Source: Patellaria atrata CBS 101060 (lineage: Eukaryota). From it: a stretch of 64,000 nucleotides of DNA. The stretch lies in contig MU006092.1 of NCBI GenBank assembly GCA_010093705.1, positions 688,623 to 752,622 on the forward strand, written 5' to 3'. Under the pieces are notes generated by a model. It was given only the letters and a program-made list of their open reading frames with translations, ran no database searches and was not told the DNA's origin. Numbering within the stretch: the stretch's first letter is position 1; each line of letters begins with the position of its first letter. This document shows positions 1 to 14,465 of this stretch, in pieces. Both the position numbers and the translations under genes were made by a program.

Positions 1-1256
1 GGGCGTACAGTATTCTTGCTTTTCTGTCGAACGGAGGAGTTAGTATCACAGTGTACAGATACAGTACTTATACTTTTGGAGGAAGCATGAGTATGCTAAA
101 TCCTTTCTTCACCGATAGGTAAAGCTTACAACACCGGCTTGTGCCTTCATATTCTTTTCCCGGGCCTTGTCACGCTGATTACCTCTGGCCATCTCGATTA
201 CAGGAAGTCGAAAGTCTCTGTTGAAGGTTTTCTATGTTTTCTAGCGTCACGGTTTGACTTTAAGGCTGAGATGTGATTTAGGCTTTGAGCGCAAAAGGTG
301 TCAAGATCTGTGAGACTTTTCGGAGAAGAATGGAATCGGTTCGGCTGAAAAATAGGACGGCCTTTATGTGGCCAATTGAGAGAGGCGCGCGTACCGTTCT
401 ACTATTTAAAAGCCAAGCGCTGGCGACGACCTCCGATCACATTAACATCAACATTCCTTTGAGTATCACGAGGTTTTTCTGCAGACGCGTTCATACAGTA
501 ACAGATATTAATAGCATTTGTACCTAGATACACGTGCCTTGCCGCCTGGTGTGCCGTTTGGAAAAGCTATCAGAGCTCCGCGGCTCAACCTGTCGTTCTG
601 ATTTCTGAAACGCTGTTAACGCCCCCTGTTTACTCTCAGTTCGAAACATTCACGACCAATACATTCAAGACAGCTCAAGATCCATCAAACAATTTGCAAA
701 ATAACGCGCCGGAAGATCCAGGTCTTGGATCTATCAACCTCCAGAACGCTCGAAATAAGACGTTCACTTGGTATAAGCCAATCAAATCAAGTTCAACGGC
801 TTCTCCGCGTTTCAGTCGTGAATATCGCCTTACTCCAAGAGCTCTCCAGTCATAGACAGATACGGTGACGTAGAAACAATAGCATGGGGTCCATGCTTCT
901 CAATAGAATGAGTCTTTCTGCAGCTATTGTTCTTCTTCTTTTCTCTCTATTGTCCTTCTTTCTTACCATTATTGTAATCTGCTATTGAGGCATTCCAAAA
1001 TCTTCCTCGGCCATAGAGCCTGAGGCCTCTTCGTATAACCTATCTACTTACAACGACTTCTCTCTTTCTTCCAAACTTCATAGCAATAGCTCTAGATCTT
1101 CATTTCTCTACGCTATCTGCAGGCAATCTTTTCAATTCAAACAGCTACCATCTAGCAGCTCCTCTATCAAGCAGTTTCTGTCAAACAGCTTCTTATCAAG
1201 CAACTTCTATCTACACATATTAGCTCTATCAGACCATCTGAATCCAGATTCCCAAG

Positions 1257-2246
1257 ATGCCTCTCTCTACAAAGTCTCTGGCCGGCCCAGGTTATATCAT
1301 CCTTAACATTCTACGTGCCATGAACATCATCAGCCTTCTGTCTATCATCGCCGCAAGTATTGTGATGCTCATCAAGACCTTCGTTGTCTCCAAAGTAAGT
1401 CGAACTCCAACCATACACATTTGGATCATTCTCACTAACATGATTACAGTTCTTCTTCTTCGACGGTGTTACCAATGTGATCACCGCATGTTCTAGTGCT
1501 TTTCTCATCATCTCCGAACTCTCACTCTTCCAGGGCTACTTTATCCGAAACTGGCCACTTCTTAGTCCCGATCATGGCTTCGTCACTCTCGGAGCAGCTA
1601 TGATGATGCTCGGTGTCAATATGCTCGGCAATCTCAACAAGGAATCCACCAGTCAAGAGTCTTTCGGAATGGCATTCTGGCGCCTCGTTATTGCTTCTGG
1701 CATCCTCGTCTTCATCCTTGGTTTCTTTAACATCGTTGCCGTAAGTCATCCTTCTCCAATCTCCCATCAAGCACCCTCCTAACATAACCTTTTCAGAGCT
1801 ACGTCTTCCGCAACCGCGCCCTCGGCATCACTGCCCGCAAAGTCCGCTCCCATGGCGCAATTGCCGAGCACCAACAGCAAGCTAAAACCCTCAGCGTCAA
1901 CACTTCCATTGGCTCCAACTCCGTCACCATGAAACAATCCTCCTTCTCGCCTTACACGCCCATCAAGTCGCCTCGCAAGTCGTTCCATGCTGTCCGTGGC
2001 GTATTCCGCTCTGCTCGCGAGTCCATCCTTCCACTTCATAACAGAGATTCGACTTATCCTCACACTGGTACGACCGGCAAATCCGTCAAAGCTAAGCGAG
2101 AAAGTGTTGGTCCAAGGATGCCGCTTAATATCTCGAGCCCGACGAATCCGAATCCCATGTTTGATTTTTCGAAGGTTCAGAAACCGAGTTTGGCACATCA
2201 CCCTAGTCAATGTGATACTAGTGCTGATGACCGCTGGCCGATGTGA
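1257..2246 (+). CDS. Uncharacterised fungal multi-pass membrane protein (3 exons)
   Basis: Hydrophobic ORFs 1257.., 1477.. and 1929.. join in frame via GTAAGT..CAG introns 1395-1449 and 1741-1796 (CTAAC branch sites). About 4 TM segments followed by a basic/Ser-rich tail. Confidence 0.8.
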
Positions 2247-3008
2247 ATGACTAGAACTGATGGTGATGATGATTTACTATGATGAAGTTGATTTGTTGTT
2301 TGACATGACATACTTTTACTTCATCCTTTGCGTCCAATATGAGAGACTATGGTGTTGGGAATTTACTTTCTCACTCTCTTTCATGAGTTATGACTTGTCT
2401 TTCAGCCTTTTACTTTTTAATTTCTATTTTATCGGCGTTCATCCTGCACGATCTTTCGGGTGACACCTAGAGCTTTAGACTGACTTTAAAAATACCGGAT
2501 GGATATACAGAGGTTGCTGCTGAGCACATTGGAACACTGGCCTCGATCACTGTCTTTTGTTAGCGATGACTTTTTAAACCTTTTAAACCTTTTATAACAA
2601 TTTAAAATCTTTATTATGTACATGCTTGCCATATAGCTTGAGTGACAACGCCTAAAACTTAACAATCGCAGTCTTCCCTCGAAGAGGTCTTTGAGAGCCG
2701 CTGATCGTAGAATCGAACAGATGGTCTGAATCGACGCGAATAACTCACTCTGGATATAACTCGCCTTAAGACTCCCAGAGACGAGCTCTAGAAACAGCAC
2801 ATCACGCCCAGCAATGGCATCTAGAGATAGTAAATGACTTGATACTCACTGGTACGATTATCAGCTATGAGAAGCGATCTAAGGTACGACCCCTAAAGCT
2901 AATGGAATCTCCAGGCTCCCTTCAACTATGCTACATACGCAGTGCTTTTAAGCCAACGCCTAGAATGCTTTCCCTTCCATAATATACAGACATCCCAACC
3001 AAAACGCA

Positions 3009-3698
3009 TTAACTAGCCGCCGCAGCGTTCATCTCCGGGTTCCCCGTCATCTCACCGAACGGATCGGGCTGCTCGGGTTGTAGAAGCTCGACTCTCCTTC
3101 CATCCTCCAACGTTAGACTCCACTCCAGTGTTTTGAACTGTTCCTATGTCAGCCAAAGTTCATCATTCCCTTCGAAATATCCCAAAACGCCCTCTCTAGC
3201 AACTCAAAACCTCAACAATAAGAGCAGAAATGGGTGACCTACATAACCCATCCTACTCTTCCTAGCACTTCTGAACCTCATCTCCCCCTTCCTCCTACTC
3301 CCCTTCACCGCAAACCTAATATCTATCTTCCCGTGCAGCTGGTCCATCGTCCCCCAGATCCAGGGAAAGGCGCTCGCGAAGTATATTTCATCCCCTAACA
3401 ACTCTCTCGCCTGTGGGTTGGTGCGGAGCGCGTAGAGAGTCGATGAGACGACCGACGAGGAGGATTTCTGGTAGTTGAAGATGGCGAGCGTCGAACTGCC
3501 TAGGATCAGAATGAATAGGGGTATGGTCTTGAGCCAGCGGCGTGAGGAAGAGATATCGGGGAGAGCGCGATCGGGTCTGCGTTCGAGGAGGGGCCCGGAT
3601 TGGGCTGTCGGGGGCGGGATGAGGGTTCGTCGCGGTGCGGAATGGCGGAGGGGTCGTATTGGGAGGAGGCAACGCGGTCGTAGCGTTCGTTGGAGCAT
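3009..3698 (-). CDS. COA1: Cytochrome c oxidase assembly factor Coa1 family protein
   Basis: Mitochondrial presequence-like MLQRTLRP..., one TM segment, motif FNYQKSSSSVVSSTLYALRTNPQARELLGDEIYF..WIWGTMDQLHGKIDIRFAVKG. Intron 3242-3138, last exon FKTLEWSLTLEDG...TAA. Confidence 0.85.
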
Positions 3699-3890
3699 GT
3701 TGGGGAATTGGGATGTGGTGGTTGATGCCGTGGGAGCTTTAGAGTTTTGAAATGGTGAATAGGCTTGGCGTTGAGGTGGGATGGAAGAACGAGAATCCGA
3801 CGTCATGCTTATTCGTTGTTCACCAGAAGGCAGCAGCTCGTCAGCTATAAGAATATGTAGCCTTGGAATAATTCTTGAACATCTGTAAAG

Positions 3891-4574
3891 ATGGATACTC
3901 GACTTAGAAAAGCGTTCAAGTACCCAGAGGAATCTGATGAAGGTGATGATATTGATGAAGAGGGTTCGTATAAGTTTCTCATCTGAAGTCCTAGCCCTAG
4001 AGAGCTGTCGAAGTAGTTAACAGTCATTCATAGAGCAAGAGAAGCTCATCCGGGAGCTCAAAGTCAAGGATGCCGCAAGGACAGATCTCTACAGCAAGGC
4101 TTTTGTCGCCATGACCATCCCAGTCCTGCTATACTACGCCCCTGACCTCATCCATCCTGGAAATTGGCTTAAATTCGTGCATGTTCTTATCTCTATGGAA
4201 TCAATCTTAATGAGTGCATACATTATGTACTTTTTTCCACTCCCACCACCGGTTCCTGATAAGTATAGGACCCCCTGGGACAGTATCGAAATCGATTCGG
4301 TAGGCCCGTTGGCAAAGTATTTGGTTTATCTGAATGGTATGCTTTCGATGATGGCGTTTCTGAACTCTTGGGCTGCTACGAGGAAGACTGGAGGGGATTA
4401 TATCCTTCAAGGTGTTATCCCAGGATGTAAGTTCAGTTTCACTATGGGGAACTGGAACATGCTAATCAAGTCATAATAGTCATTTTCATACTTTTCATGA
4501 TCGTGCGTATTCAACTTCGACCGGTTGATGTCGACGGTCTCGAGCGGTTGAAGTACCACTATAAAGGAGCTTAA
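3891..4574 (+). CDS. Conserved fungal hypothetical membrane protein (3 exons)
   Basis: MDTRLRKAFKYPEESDE...; introns 3964-4033 and 4427-4479 give an in-frame product with several TM segments ending LERLKYHYKGA*. Confidence 0.75.
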
Positions 4575-4627
4575 CTATATTACAATAATAAGGGGTTTCA
4601 AGTATCCCCGTTGCCCAAGAAACTTCC

Positions 4628-5532
4628 CTACTTGAAGAGCATCGAATGTCTGCTGTCCCAGCGTGGTGGCATTTCATTCTTATTCCTGAGATCATTGATC
4701 TCGCCCACCAGACCCTCCAAAGCGACCTCTGCATTCTCCAAGCGGGACTTCACCCCATTCTCGCCCCCAAATTCCATCTCCCTAATTTCTTTCCTCCCCA
4801 CAGCCAACATATCACGTAGGACGAGCTCGCGAAACTCAATCCACGTCGCATCGTCCTTTTGTTTCCCCTTCCCACCAACACGTGCGGACAGGATTTCTGT
4901 CGCCTCTACGGCTACACGGATGTTTTGGTACGCTAACACTAGCAGCGTACGGAGCTCCTCCACAGAAGCCCGAGCGACAATGTCCCCGAGGGACGACGCA
5001 CCGTGAGCCAACTCCAGCCCCGTCTCCCGTATGAGCTCTGACATGGTCAGAACTCTGTTCTGGAGCGCTTTGCGCTCCGCTGCACTAGCAGCTAGCGGGC
5101 GGGGGGTGGTGTTGGCCTCGGTGGGCCGTTTGAACGGAAGCTCTGTAAACAAGGTTTTAGTTTTTAATTGAATCGTTATGTACGGTTTGTACGGGGTGTT
5201 GGCTATGATAGAACATACGATTGGTACCACCATGCGGGTACGAAAACACATGGTCATGACCGGTGGGCCGGCCCGGCGCCACTGGTACAATTTTTGAACC
5301 TTTGGCGCGTCCGCTCACATTGTCTATCCAGTGCGGAATTAGTAGGGTGCTGTGGTGTTTCGCGAGGATTGACTGTACCTGTTGATGCCCCGGAGGGCGC
5401 GTCCAGAAGGACTGGGCCCGTACCAGCCGGAGCTGGCACGGCCGGGACTGCTGCTGCACGAACCGGCAGCGTATCCAGCGCGACACTATGCTCACTTGGT
5501 GCGCGGGAGACTTTGCTGGCGCAGCAACCCAT
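4628..5532 (-). CDS. Orphan 257-aa protein with N-terminal MGCC lipidation motif and helical C-terminus (3 exons)
   Basis: Three short ORFs in different frames join perfectly via introns 5378-5324 (GTACAG..ACTAAT..TAG) and 5218-5143 (GTATGT..ACTAAA..CAG). Spliced length 774 nt. Confidence 0.7.
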
Positions 5533-5622
5533 TTTTCCTGTACTCTTGGAGGCAGGATTCTCTTGTGGGTTGTCTGGAAGAGGCTGCGCTCCGATTGTAC
5601 GGCTTGTGGTAGTTCTTAAGAG

Positions 5623-5685
5623 GTGTGTGTGTGATTGTGTGTGTGAGAGATAGAGATTGAGAGAGTGAGAGAGAGAGAGAGTGTG
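5623..5685. repeat. Compound (GT)n/(GA)n microsatellite
   Basis: gtgtgtgtgtgattgtgtgtgtgagagatagagattgagagagtgagagagagagagagtgtg, upstream of the MGCC gene. Confidence 0.85.
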
Positions 5686-6863
5686 ATGGGGATGTTGTGG
5701 AAGAAGAGTGGAGGTGAGGTCAAAGGTAGATAAATATACAGTAAGTGCAGAGATTTTTTGCGCCTTCCGATATTGTGCCATGTCTGTTTGTTATGACATT
5801 TTATTGTTTTTTGTTTGTCCATTGTCACATTCACCTTTTCACGTGGTGAGGGCCCGGTTGGTGAGAGATTTTGTACCGGATTCGGTAACTTGCAAGATGG
5901 TGAAGAGCTAGGACTTCACGGTCTGTTCTAATATGTGCCATTTGCACTTCATATTAAGGAATATCTTACTGAAAATATATCTGAATGAAGAGTATGGGAT
6001 ACCGAGAGTCGGAATCATCATATATGTGTAGAAAGGGGAGGTCATTACGGTTTTATTCAAGTATAATTCAAGCATTAGGGTAGATCACATTTCTTCCCGT
6101 ATAACCAGGCAAGGACTTCAATTCTCACGTAGTTCTACTGTTCATATGGTTCCATCTCTTATTTCGCCCTACCTCAAGTCCCACCTTTCATTGTACTCCT
6201 TCGACAACTGATCCTCTCCCCTACTCTATCACACCGAATATCCCTAAGTGATTATACACTTCTGTGCTCATATTGAGCTATTTTTACGTATAGAGCCTTG
6301 CAAAATTTCACTTATCTTAATGACTGAAGTCAATGCTTTCTCCCGTTACGGGCATACAATAGCTTCGGGCTCCATTAATAGGACAGTTACGTTTAGGGAT
6401 ATCTTACGTCACTGGATGCTTTCTGTAAGGGTACTGGACACTTCCACGTCTGAATTATTGCAAGATCTCCCTCATTTCAATATCAAAGGTCAATCGTTAC
6501 TGTCGTTCCGAGCTTAGAATAGCTTGGAGCTCCATCAATAGGAGAGGGACAATAGTACCTGGGAGTCATGCCCTGCTGCGTTAAGCTTCATATTATCCAC
6601 TATTGACTCAACAATAGCAATGGCAATGGCATACAACCTCCAAAGGATGTTCTACTACGGTTAGTACCCCTCGCTTCTTTGAACCGAATACCTATATCAC
6701 CGCTCTCCTTTCCCCAATCTCTTGATTTCCTTTCTCTAATTATCACCATCAACACCTTCTCCCAAGTCGGTGTTTTCATACCATCTCTCTTGACACCTCC
6801 ATACCAGAAAACTCTCTCCTCAATCTTCCGCTTTTGTACGGTTCCAACCAACAACCGTACAAA

Positions 6864-7516
6864 ATGCCCTCCACCCTCCCCACCGTCCTCCCCTCTATCG
6901 AGCCGTCCTCCCCTCCATCGAACCGTCCTCCCCTCCATCGAACCGTCCTCCCCTCCATCGAACCATCCTCCCCTTCCACCTCAAAATCTGAACCTCTCCC
7001 CTCCATCTCCCGCAACCCCCACAACTCTCTAGGTCCCTGTACAGCCGGCTGTACAAGTCTCCTCTCCGCCCTCTCCCCCTCCCGGCCCCGTCGTAAAACC
7101 CCTCGCCGTCCCAACCCTCGAGCTCCTCTGGACCCTCGACTGCGTAACTGAAGCGGCGACAAAAGCCCAACACGGTCCGCCGCTCGGGTACGCACAATCC
7201 CGGCGTCACCGCGGCCGTGTTTCTTCCTCCCTCCGCCTCCGCTCTCGCTCCCGGTCCTGGGAACCCCCGCCGTACAGTCCTCTCACGACCCCAGCGTCCC
7301 CCATACAAGTCTCTAGGCCCGCCAAATTTGCCCACCTCGTATACCGGAGTACTGGCTGCAGCAGAGCGGCAACGACGAGTAGACGCCGGAGCTGCATCGC
7401 TTGTTTTGGGCCGAGACGGCGCTGAGGGGCTATGCGATGGGGTATTGTGCCCGTTCGAACGGGATGCCGGATTTGAGTGTTGGATGGAATGCGAGGAAGC
7501 CGAGGCGGAAGGTTAG
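6864..7516 (+). CDS. Possible Pro/Ser-rich orphan gene or relic (structure unresolved)
   Basis: ATG in CAAAATG context and GC-rich coding-like ORFs 6864-7151 and 7148-7516 in different frames. No convincing intron found to join them. Confidence 0.25.
6881..6974. repeat. 20-bp minisatellite, ~4.7 copies (AACCGTCCTCCCCTCCATCG)
   Basis: Units at 6881, 6901, 6921, 6941 and a partial unit at 6961. Confidence 0.95.
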
Positions 7517-7579
7517 GAAACAGGGTTGAGTGGTTGGTGGTTGTGTGGTGGTTGTTTTGTTGTAGGGTGGTTTGGGTTG

Positions 7580-7925
7580 GATAATTTGCTAGATTTTGCT
7601 GGTATCTGCTGGATTTTGCTGGGCTTTGCTGGATTTGCCCCCCCTTTTCCCTGGTTTTTACTGGTGTCTGCTGGTATTCAATCGCGTATGCTAGTTTCTG
7701 CTGGGTTTTGCTGGTGCCTGCTGGATTTTACCCCTTTTCGCTGGTTTCTGCTAGCTTTTGCCGTTTTGGCCTCCTTTTTTGGCTGGTTTCCTGTTAGTTT
7801 CTGTTGAACTTTGCTCCTTTTTACTGCTTTCTACCCCTTTTTACTGGGCTTCGCTGGTTTTAGCTGTGTTTTCCCTCCGTTTTGCTGGTTTCTAACCCTT
7901 TTTGTTGGTTTCTGCTAGTTTCTAC
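7580..7925. repeat. Degenerate T/G-rich tandem repeat (TTTTGCTGG / TTTCTGCTAG-like units)
   Basis: Many recurring ~9-10 nt variants such as ttttgctgg, tttctgctgg, tttctgctag, with strong strand asymmetry. Confidence 0.75.
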
Positions 7926-8045
7926 TTATTAGGAGACACAAAGCCTAGATGAACGAGATTCACATTTCGCGGCGTTGAGCGCTGCTGTTTGGCAAACTTT
8001 CCTCATCTGGCATGCAAGTGACTATTAAATTAACCCCTTGGTATA

Positions 8046-10188
8046 CTAACTCCTCTCCCTAGCCTTATCTTTCTGCTTCTCCGCTACTTCTTCTTTTCTT
8101 CCAGTACACACGACTTCCTTCGCCTCCCTAACCTCCTCAGCCTTCATCCCCAGCCCCGTCAAATACTCTGCAAAAGCCTGAACGACTTTCTCCAAATCCG
8201 CTCTCAGGGCCTCCCTAACCTCACCCACCAGCCCCTCACCCCATCCGTGCTCTACACCAAACTTGCCCCTCTCCTTTTCAGCAAAGGAATCGATCGTCTT
8301 GAGTGCCCCGACTAGCCCCTTAACGATGGTAGGAATCGACTCATGCACGCTCCCGAAGCTATCCTCCTTCAAACTGAGAACCGCGAGCCCTGATAACGCG
8401 TCTGCGGCATCCACAATCGTGGAAGCGCTAGCACCGGTATTCCTTCCCAGTAACGCGGCGGTGATGCTACGCTCGAAAGTTGCGCGAAAGGGCCATCCAA
8501 GCGGAGATTCTTTAGCCTTCTGAAGCCTCGCCTCTGTATCCTTCTTAATCTGTGGAGAGGGAATTGTAAATTGATGCTTATTTCCCAACTCACGTAACCT
8601 CTTCGCAGTCCCTTTCAGGGGTGGAGACGAGCTGTTTCCATACGCCTTCGCTAACACGCCGATACTATGACCAACGGAGCTACGGAAATCTGCTGGCGGT
8701 GCAGGTTTCGAGAAAATGGTTTCCTGGATTGCGAGGGGTTTAGAAATCTTAGGTAGGGTCTGGATGGGCGGGGCTTGTGGGTCTTCAGGGGGTTTGGGGT
8801 TGGCATCACCCTCGATGCGGGATTTAATGGTAGAGAGCTCCGATAGACAGATGGCGAGGAGTTGAGTCCAGGTGGTGCCACCGGGGCGGTTGAGTTCTTC
8901 GTAGATGGTTTTGCGGCGGGTTTCGAAGCGGGATGTTATGAGGGAGAGTTCCCAGAAGGCGAAGGACTGCGTGATCCATTAGTTATCTGGATGAGTTTGA
9001 TCTGCATTCGGGTGCGGGAGATAAGTTCTACATACCTTTGTCATCTCTGCTTTAGCCTTCAATCCAAGTAGTAGAGTTCCGTTCGGGTCCTTCGAATTGC
9101 CCGACACAGGTTTCTCCTCCAGAAGTTTAATATGCTTTACGGGTTCCCGCACCATGAACATGTTGAAAATTGTGTTGGAAAACTCCCACATAATACTCAG
9201 TAATGTTCCTTCTATAAAGAATCGGCCCATGATATCAATCCAACCGGGGAAACTCCCTGGTTTCGCGGTTCGTGGAAGCGCAGACCACACTCTGATGATT
9301 CCGAGAAATATATGAAACACCCTCTTACGGAAGATTATTATGTATAGTATCGGACTGAGAAATGCAATAATCAAAGGTTGTAGGAGAGACCGTCCGAAGA
9401 TCCCCTTAATTGTACGCACGATTTTGTCTCTTTGGAATTTGGTACGTGTTGCGGTAGCCTGATTCTTGATGTCCAGAGGAGTGGCTTTATGCAATGGAAT
9501 CATCACAGAGTCTGAATTGCGGTATATATGAAGGAGAGCTTGGACGGTACCGAGGCAGAGGAACATACATCTAAGGTAGAGAGGGCGCTCATTGAGTCGC
9601 GGGCGTTCGTATGATCTAATAGTCAGTCAGAGTGGTATAGATAGCTGTGATATATACCCATACCTTCCATGTTCAACCAAGCTTAATCGCACGTTTTCAG
9701 GAGCAGACCAGATATATACCTCACCAAAGATAAAGGCAGACGCCTGGTACGTAATGAGGGTAAGGATTACCGCAAAGCTTGTCAATCTCTGTGTAAATGT
9801 CTGAAAGGGGTATCTTGTAGTTCGAGGACCGACTGCGACATCGTTAACCTTTTTCTCCCAGAAACAGCGAACAAGCTTACCACGCAGTTCGGCGATCCTT
9901 AAGATGTGAAGGAGGAGGATTGAAATGAAAAGGAACCCTGTTCGAATACCAGCAGGTCCGAGAGGAAACCATATCCATAACCCTGAACTCAATTAGCACA
10001 CGGTCTCTGTCTTAAGACATTTATTACTGACAATGGAATTCTCCTTGCCATAAACCTATAAGATAGCATAATGCTAGGGTAGACAGTACACCCTTTAACC
10101 ATCTCTTATGCAGCTCCGGCGTCAAGAAGACCTTGTAGGGCCTTGTCACTATCGCATTTTGCGAGCTTAGAGCGGCAGGTTGCGCCAT
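8046..10188 (-). CDS. NDC1: Nucleoporin Ndc1/Cut11 (multi-exon)
   Basis: N-terminal RPYKVFLTPELHKRW, multiple TM exons, KPVSGNSKDPNGTLLLGLK, SFAFWELSLITSRFETRRKTIY after intron 9035-8967, and LAVLSLKEDSFGSVH. Confidence 0.85.
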
Positions 10189-10602
10189 GCGGATTTCAGG
10201 CTGCTTGATGGGTTCCAATACAGAATCCGGGGGCTCAACACATGCTTGCTGTTGATAGAAAAGATTCAATTCCGAGAGATCGTAGAGATAGCTATGTTGT
10301 GGTGGCGTAGGATATAAAGGAGCGGATTGTTTGGGATTCAAAAACGAAGCCAAATATGAAGCTGTAGGAGCTAGAGCGGGATGCGCGTTGTTGACGATTC
10401 CGCGGCGGGAGTCCTCCTCCCCTTGCTCCTGATGCTGGTGGTTGCTGCGGCTCCTTTCCCACCAAGCCCGAAGGCCAGTCTTAGCCTCGTCATCTGCCAT
10501 CTCTAATCCTACTACGTCAAACCAGGCACCTCTTTCTTTTGTATATTTCCCACCTTCTCAACTCTTTAGAACACCCCGGAATATTTGATCGTGGTCGCCA
10601 CA

Positions 10603-11587
10603 ATGTCTTTCGAACAATCGTCTAATCTTGAGTCGCAACCTACGACCTGGCGCCGTGAGGACGACCCGCAGTACAGCGATGACCCCGAATTCCGCCGTTT
10701 CACGAACGACCTGTCCGACAAGCTGTTTTCGCTCACTTCTAACGTTGGGAGGCTGCACCAACAAGTTGCGCTGCTAGGCACAAGGCGAGAGAATGAGCGC
10801 GTGCGGGAGAGAGTGAGGGATCTGATCGATGAGACTTCGAACGGGTTTAAAGAGATCGGAGAAGGGTTGAAGCAGGTGTCGCAATGGCACGATTTAAATG
10901 TGAGTTCTTAAGAAATGGCTAGAAAGAGAGAAAATGAAGAATCAAAAGTCTCTAGAAGCACAAATGCTTCATCACCGGCATTCCAAGCAATGACGTTCGC
11001 GTGCCTTCCTCTTCGATCACTCAACAACAGAAGTCACGACCCGGTACTAACATCCCCTGCAGCCCTCCCAGAAATTCACTCAGGGCAAACTAAATCGCGA
11101 ATTCAAAGCCTCGCTCACCGAATTTCAAGCCCTGCAACGCTCCGCCATCGAAAAACAGCGCTCCTCTGCCGCCACTGCACGAGCAGCGCTTGAACAAGAC
11201 TCCTCCCAACAAGAACAAGACACCAACAATCTAACTTTTGGCCAACAACAAGAACAAGAGCAGCTTCGCCTCGCATCGCAAGATGAGGTTGACTTCCAAG
11301 AACAACTCATCATCGAGCGGGAGAGCGAGATCCGGAACATCGAGCAATCGGTCGTAGAGTTAAGTGAGTTGTTTAGAGATGTGGCGCATATGGTGCACGA
11401 GCAGGGAGAGCAGTTGGATATCATTGCGGAAAACATAGAGGGCGTGAGGGATAATACTAGGGGTGCGAATACGGAGCTGACGGTCGCGAATCGGTATCAG
11501 AAGAACGCAAGGAGTAAAGCGTGTTGTCTGTTGTTAATCCTGGCGGTTATCTTGACGATAGTCATTCTAGCAGTCGTCGTGGGATGA
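10603..11587 (+). CDS. PEP12: Endosomal/vacuolar syntaxin (Qa t-SNARE, Pep12/Vam3 type)
   Basis: Habc-like N-terminus, intron 10900-11062, SNARE motif ERESEIRNIEQSVVELSELFRDVAHMVHEQGEQLDIIAENIE, C-terminal TM anchor. Confidence 0.85.
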
Positions 11588-12667
11588 GGTACAATAACTG
11601 AGAGGAGGGGATAGATCTTCAAGAAGTATATGAGTCTACTGTATATTTCAGACCCGGCTATGGAGCATTAGGCGTTACGTGATATCGGCGCATTTTGATA
11701 GTCCTCAGCGACTTAATTCGTAATTCTGTATAGTCGGGTAGCTACAGAAGAGATCCGTACATCCACCTAAACCTATTGATTCTCTGACTACCTTACTCTC
11801 GAATAGGATTTCGCCCGATTTGACCGAGATATGTGAATGTCACTCTTTTCTTCTTTTAGATCATCCTTTCCAGACTTCCGCGGTTACTTCTTCTCTTCTT
11901 CTCGAAACAAAGCTTATGGCGTGAGCTGTTCTTATCAAAATACTGAGTGCCGGACGTTGGTTGATTCCATGGCAAAGTTGCAATGCTTACAGTACGCAGG
12001 GTGAATAATGGAGAGGAGAATAACTCCATGAAAACCAGCATCCTTAAACTAGATCCCCTTACCCCCTAACTCCTTACTCTTATTGAAATGACTCATAACT
12101 AGGCCGATCATGAAGATCTATAGAAAGTCGCATGAGCGGAAGAGACATAACATGGTTGAAACGAGGGGTATATGTGCGATTGCAGCTAATATGAGCGCTG
12201 AAATGTACACATACTTCATTCCAAAGTTAGTCAACATTCAATGTTGGCGTGACATGCAAAGGCTTCATATCCTGCAGCTTCGATAACGAAAAGTATCCCA
12301 AACTTGATAGGCTTTGATAAGCGCAACTATCACCTCCCTGTGACATTATCTTTCCTCAGTACTTGTATGATTATGCAATACCTACCTGTTGCCGTTAAGA
12401 CCGAAGTATCAACAGATCTCCACGGTCTGTACATCTCACCCTACGTACTGTTAGAGCTTCTTCGTACGTCCCCGATTGACTTGTACAGTAGAGTAGGACA
12501 CTCATTGGAATCGACCGTATAACTAGAGGGAGGGATATGAAATGAATTTATTTAAACCTAGAAGTAATATATGAAATCATATCGTATTTCGTAATGAGCA
12601 TAGTGAGGTACTATCCACAAGCAATATGTCTATCATCTGACCATATTTCGAAAATTTAGTCTTGTGT

Positions 12668-14255
<1,588 letters not shown>

Positions 14256-14465
14256 GACGGGCGAATATTTCTACTATACTTGCTGTAGTTGTAAAACAAA
14301 GAAAATTGTTCCCCGCGATAGTTCTGTAAGATGTCTGGGCCATGGCTTCCGGTTAAACTTGCCTTTTGCGAACACCGACAATGACGTCCCATAATGTCAC
14401 CTCACGTCTCCAATCCTAACCTCACCTTACTCTAACAACACCCACACAATCTCACGCGATGAGGC

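Noticed and set aside
285..527. Short ORFs in intergenic regions (this one and many other 60-100 aa ORFs)
   Set aside because: They have non-ATG starts, no motifs or splice support, or lie antisense to real genes.
6881..6974. 20-bp repeat acting as a phase-variation switch
   Set aside because: All three frames close soon after the repeat (stops at 7030, 7145 and 7149), so a copy-number change would not open a longer ORF.
6881..6974. CRISPR-like array
   Set aside because: The units are directly adjacent with no unique spacers, and the DNA is eukaryotic.
8651..8966. Apparent frameshift in NDC1 suggested by the ORF track
   Set aside because: Reading from the acceptor at 8967 gives a continuous frame (SFAFWEL...GVLAKAYG). 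The track only lacked a start codon there.
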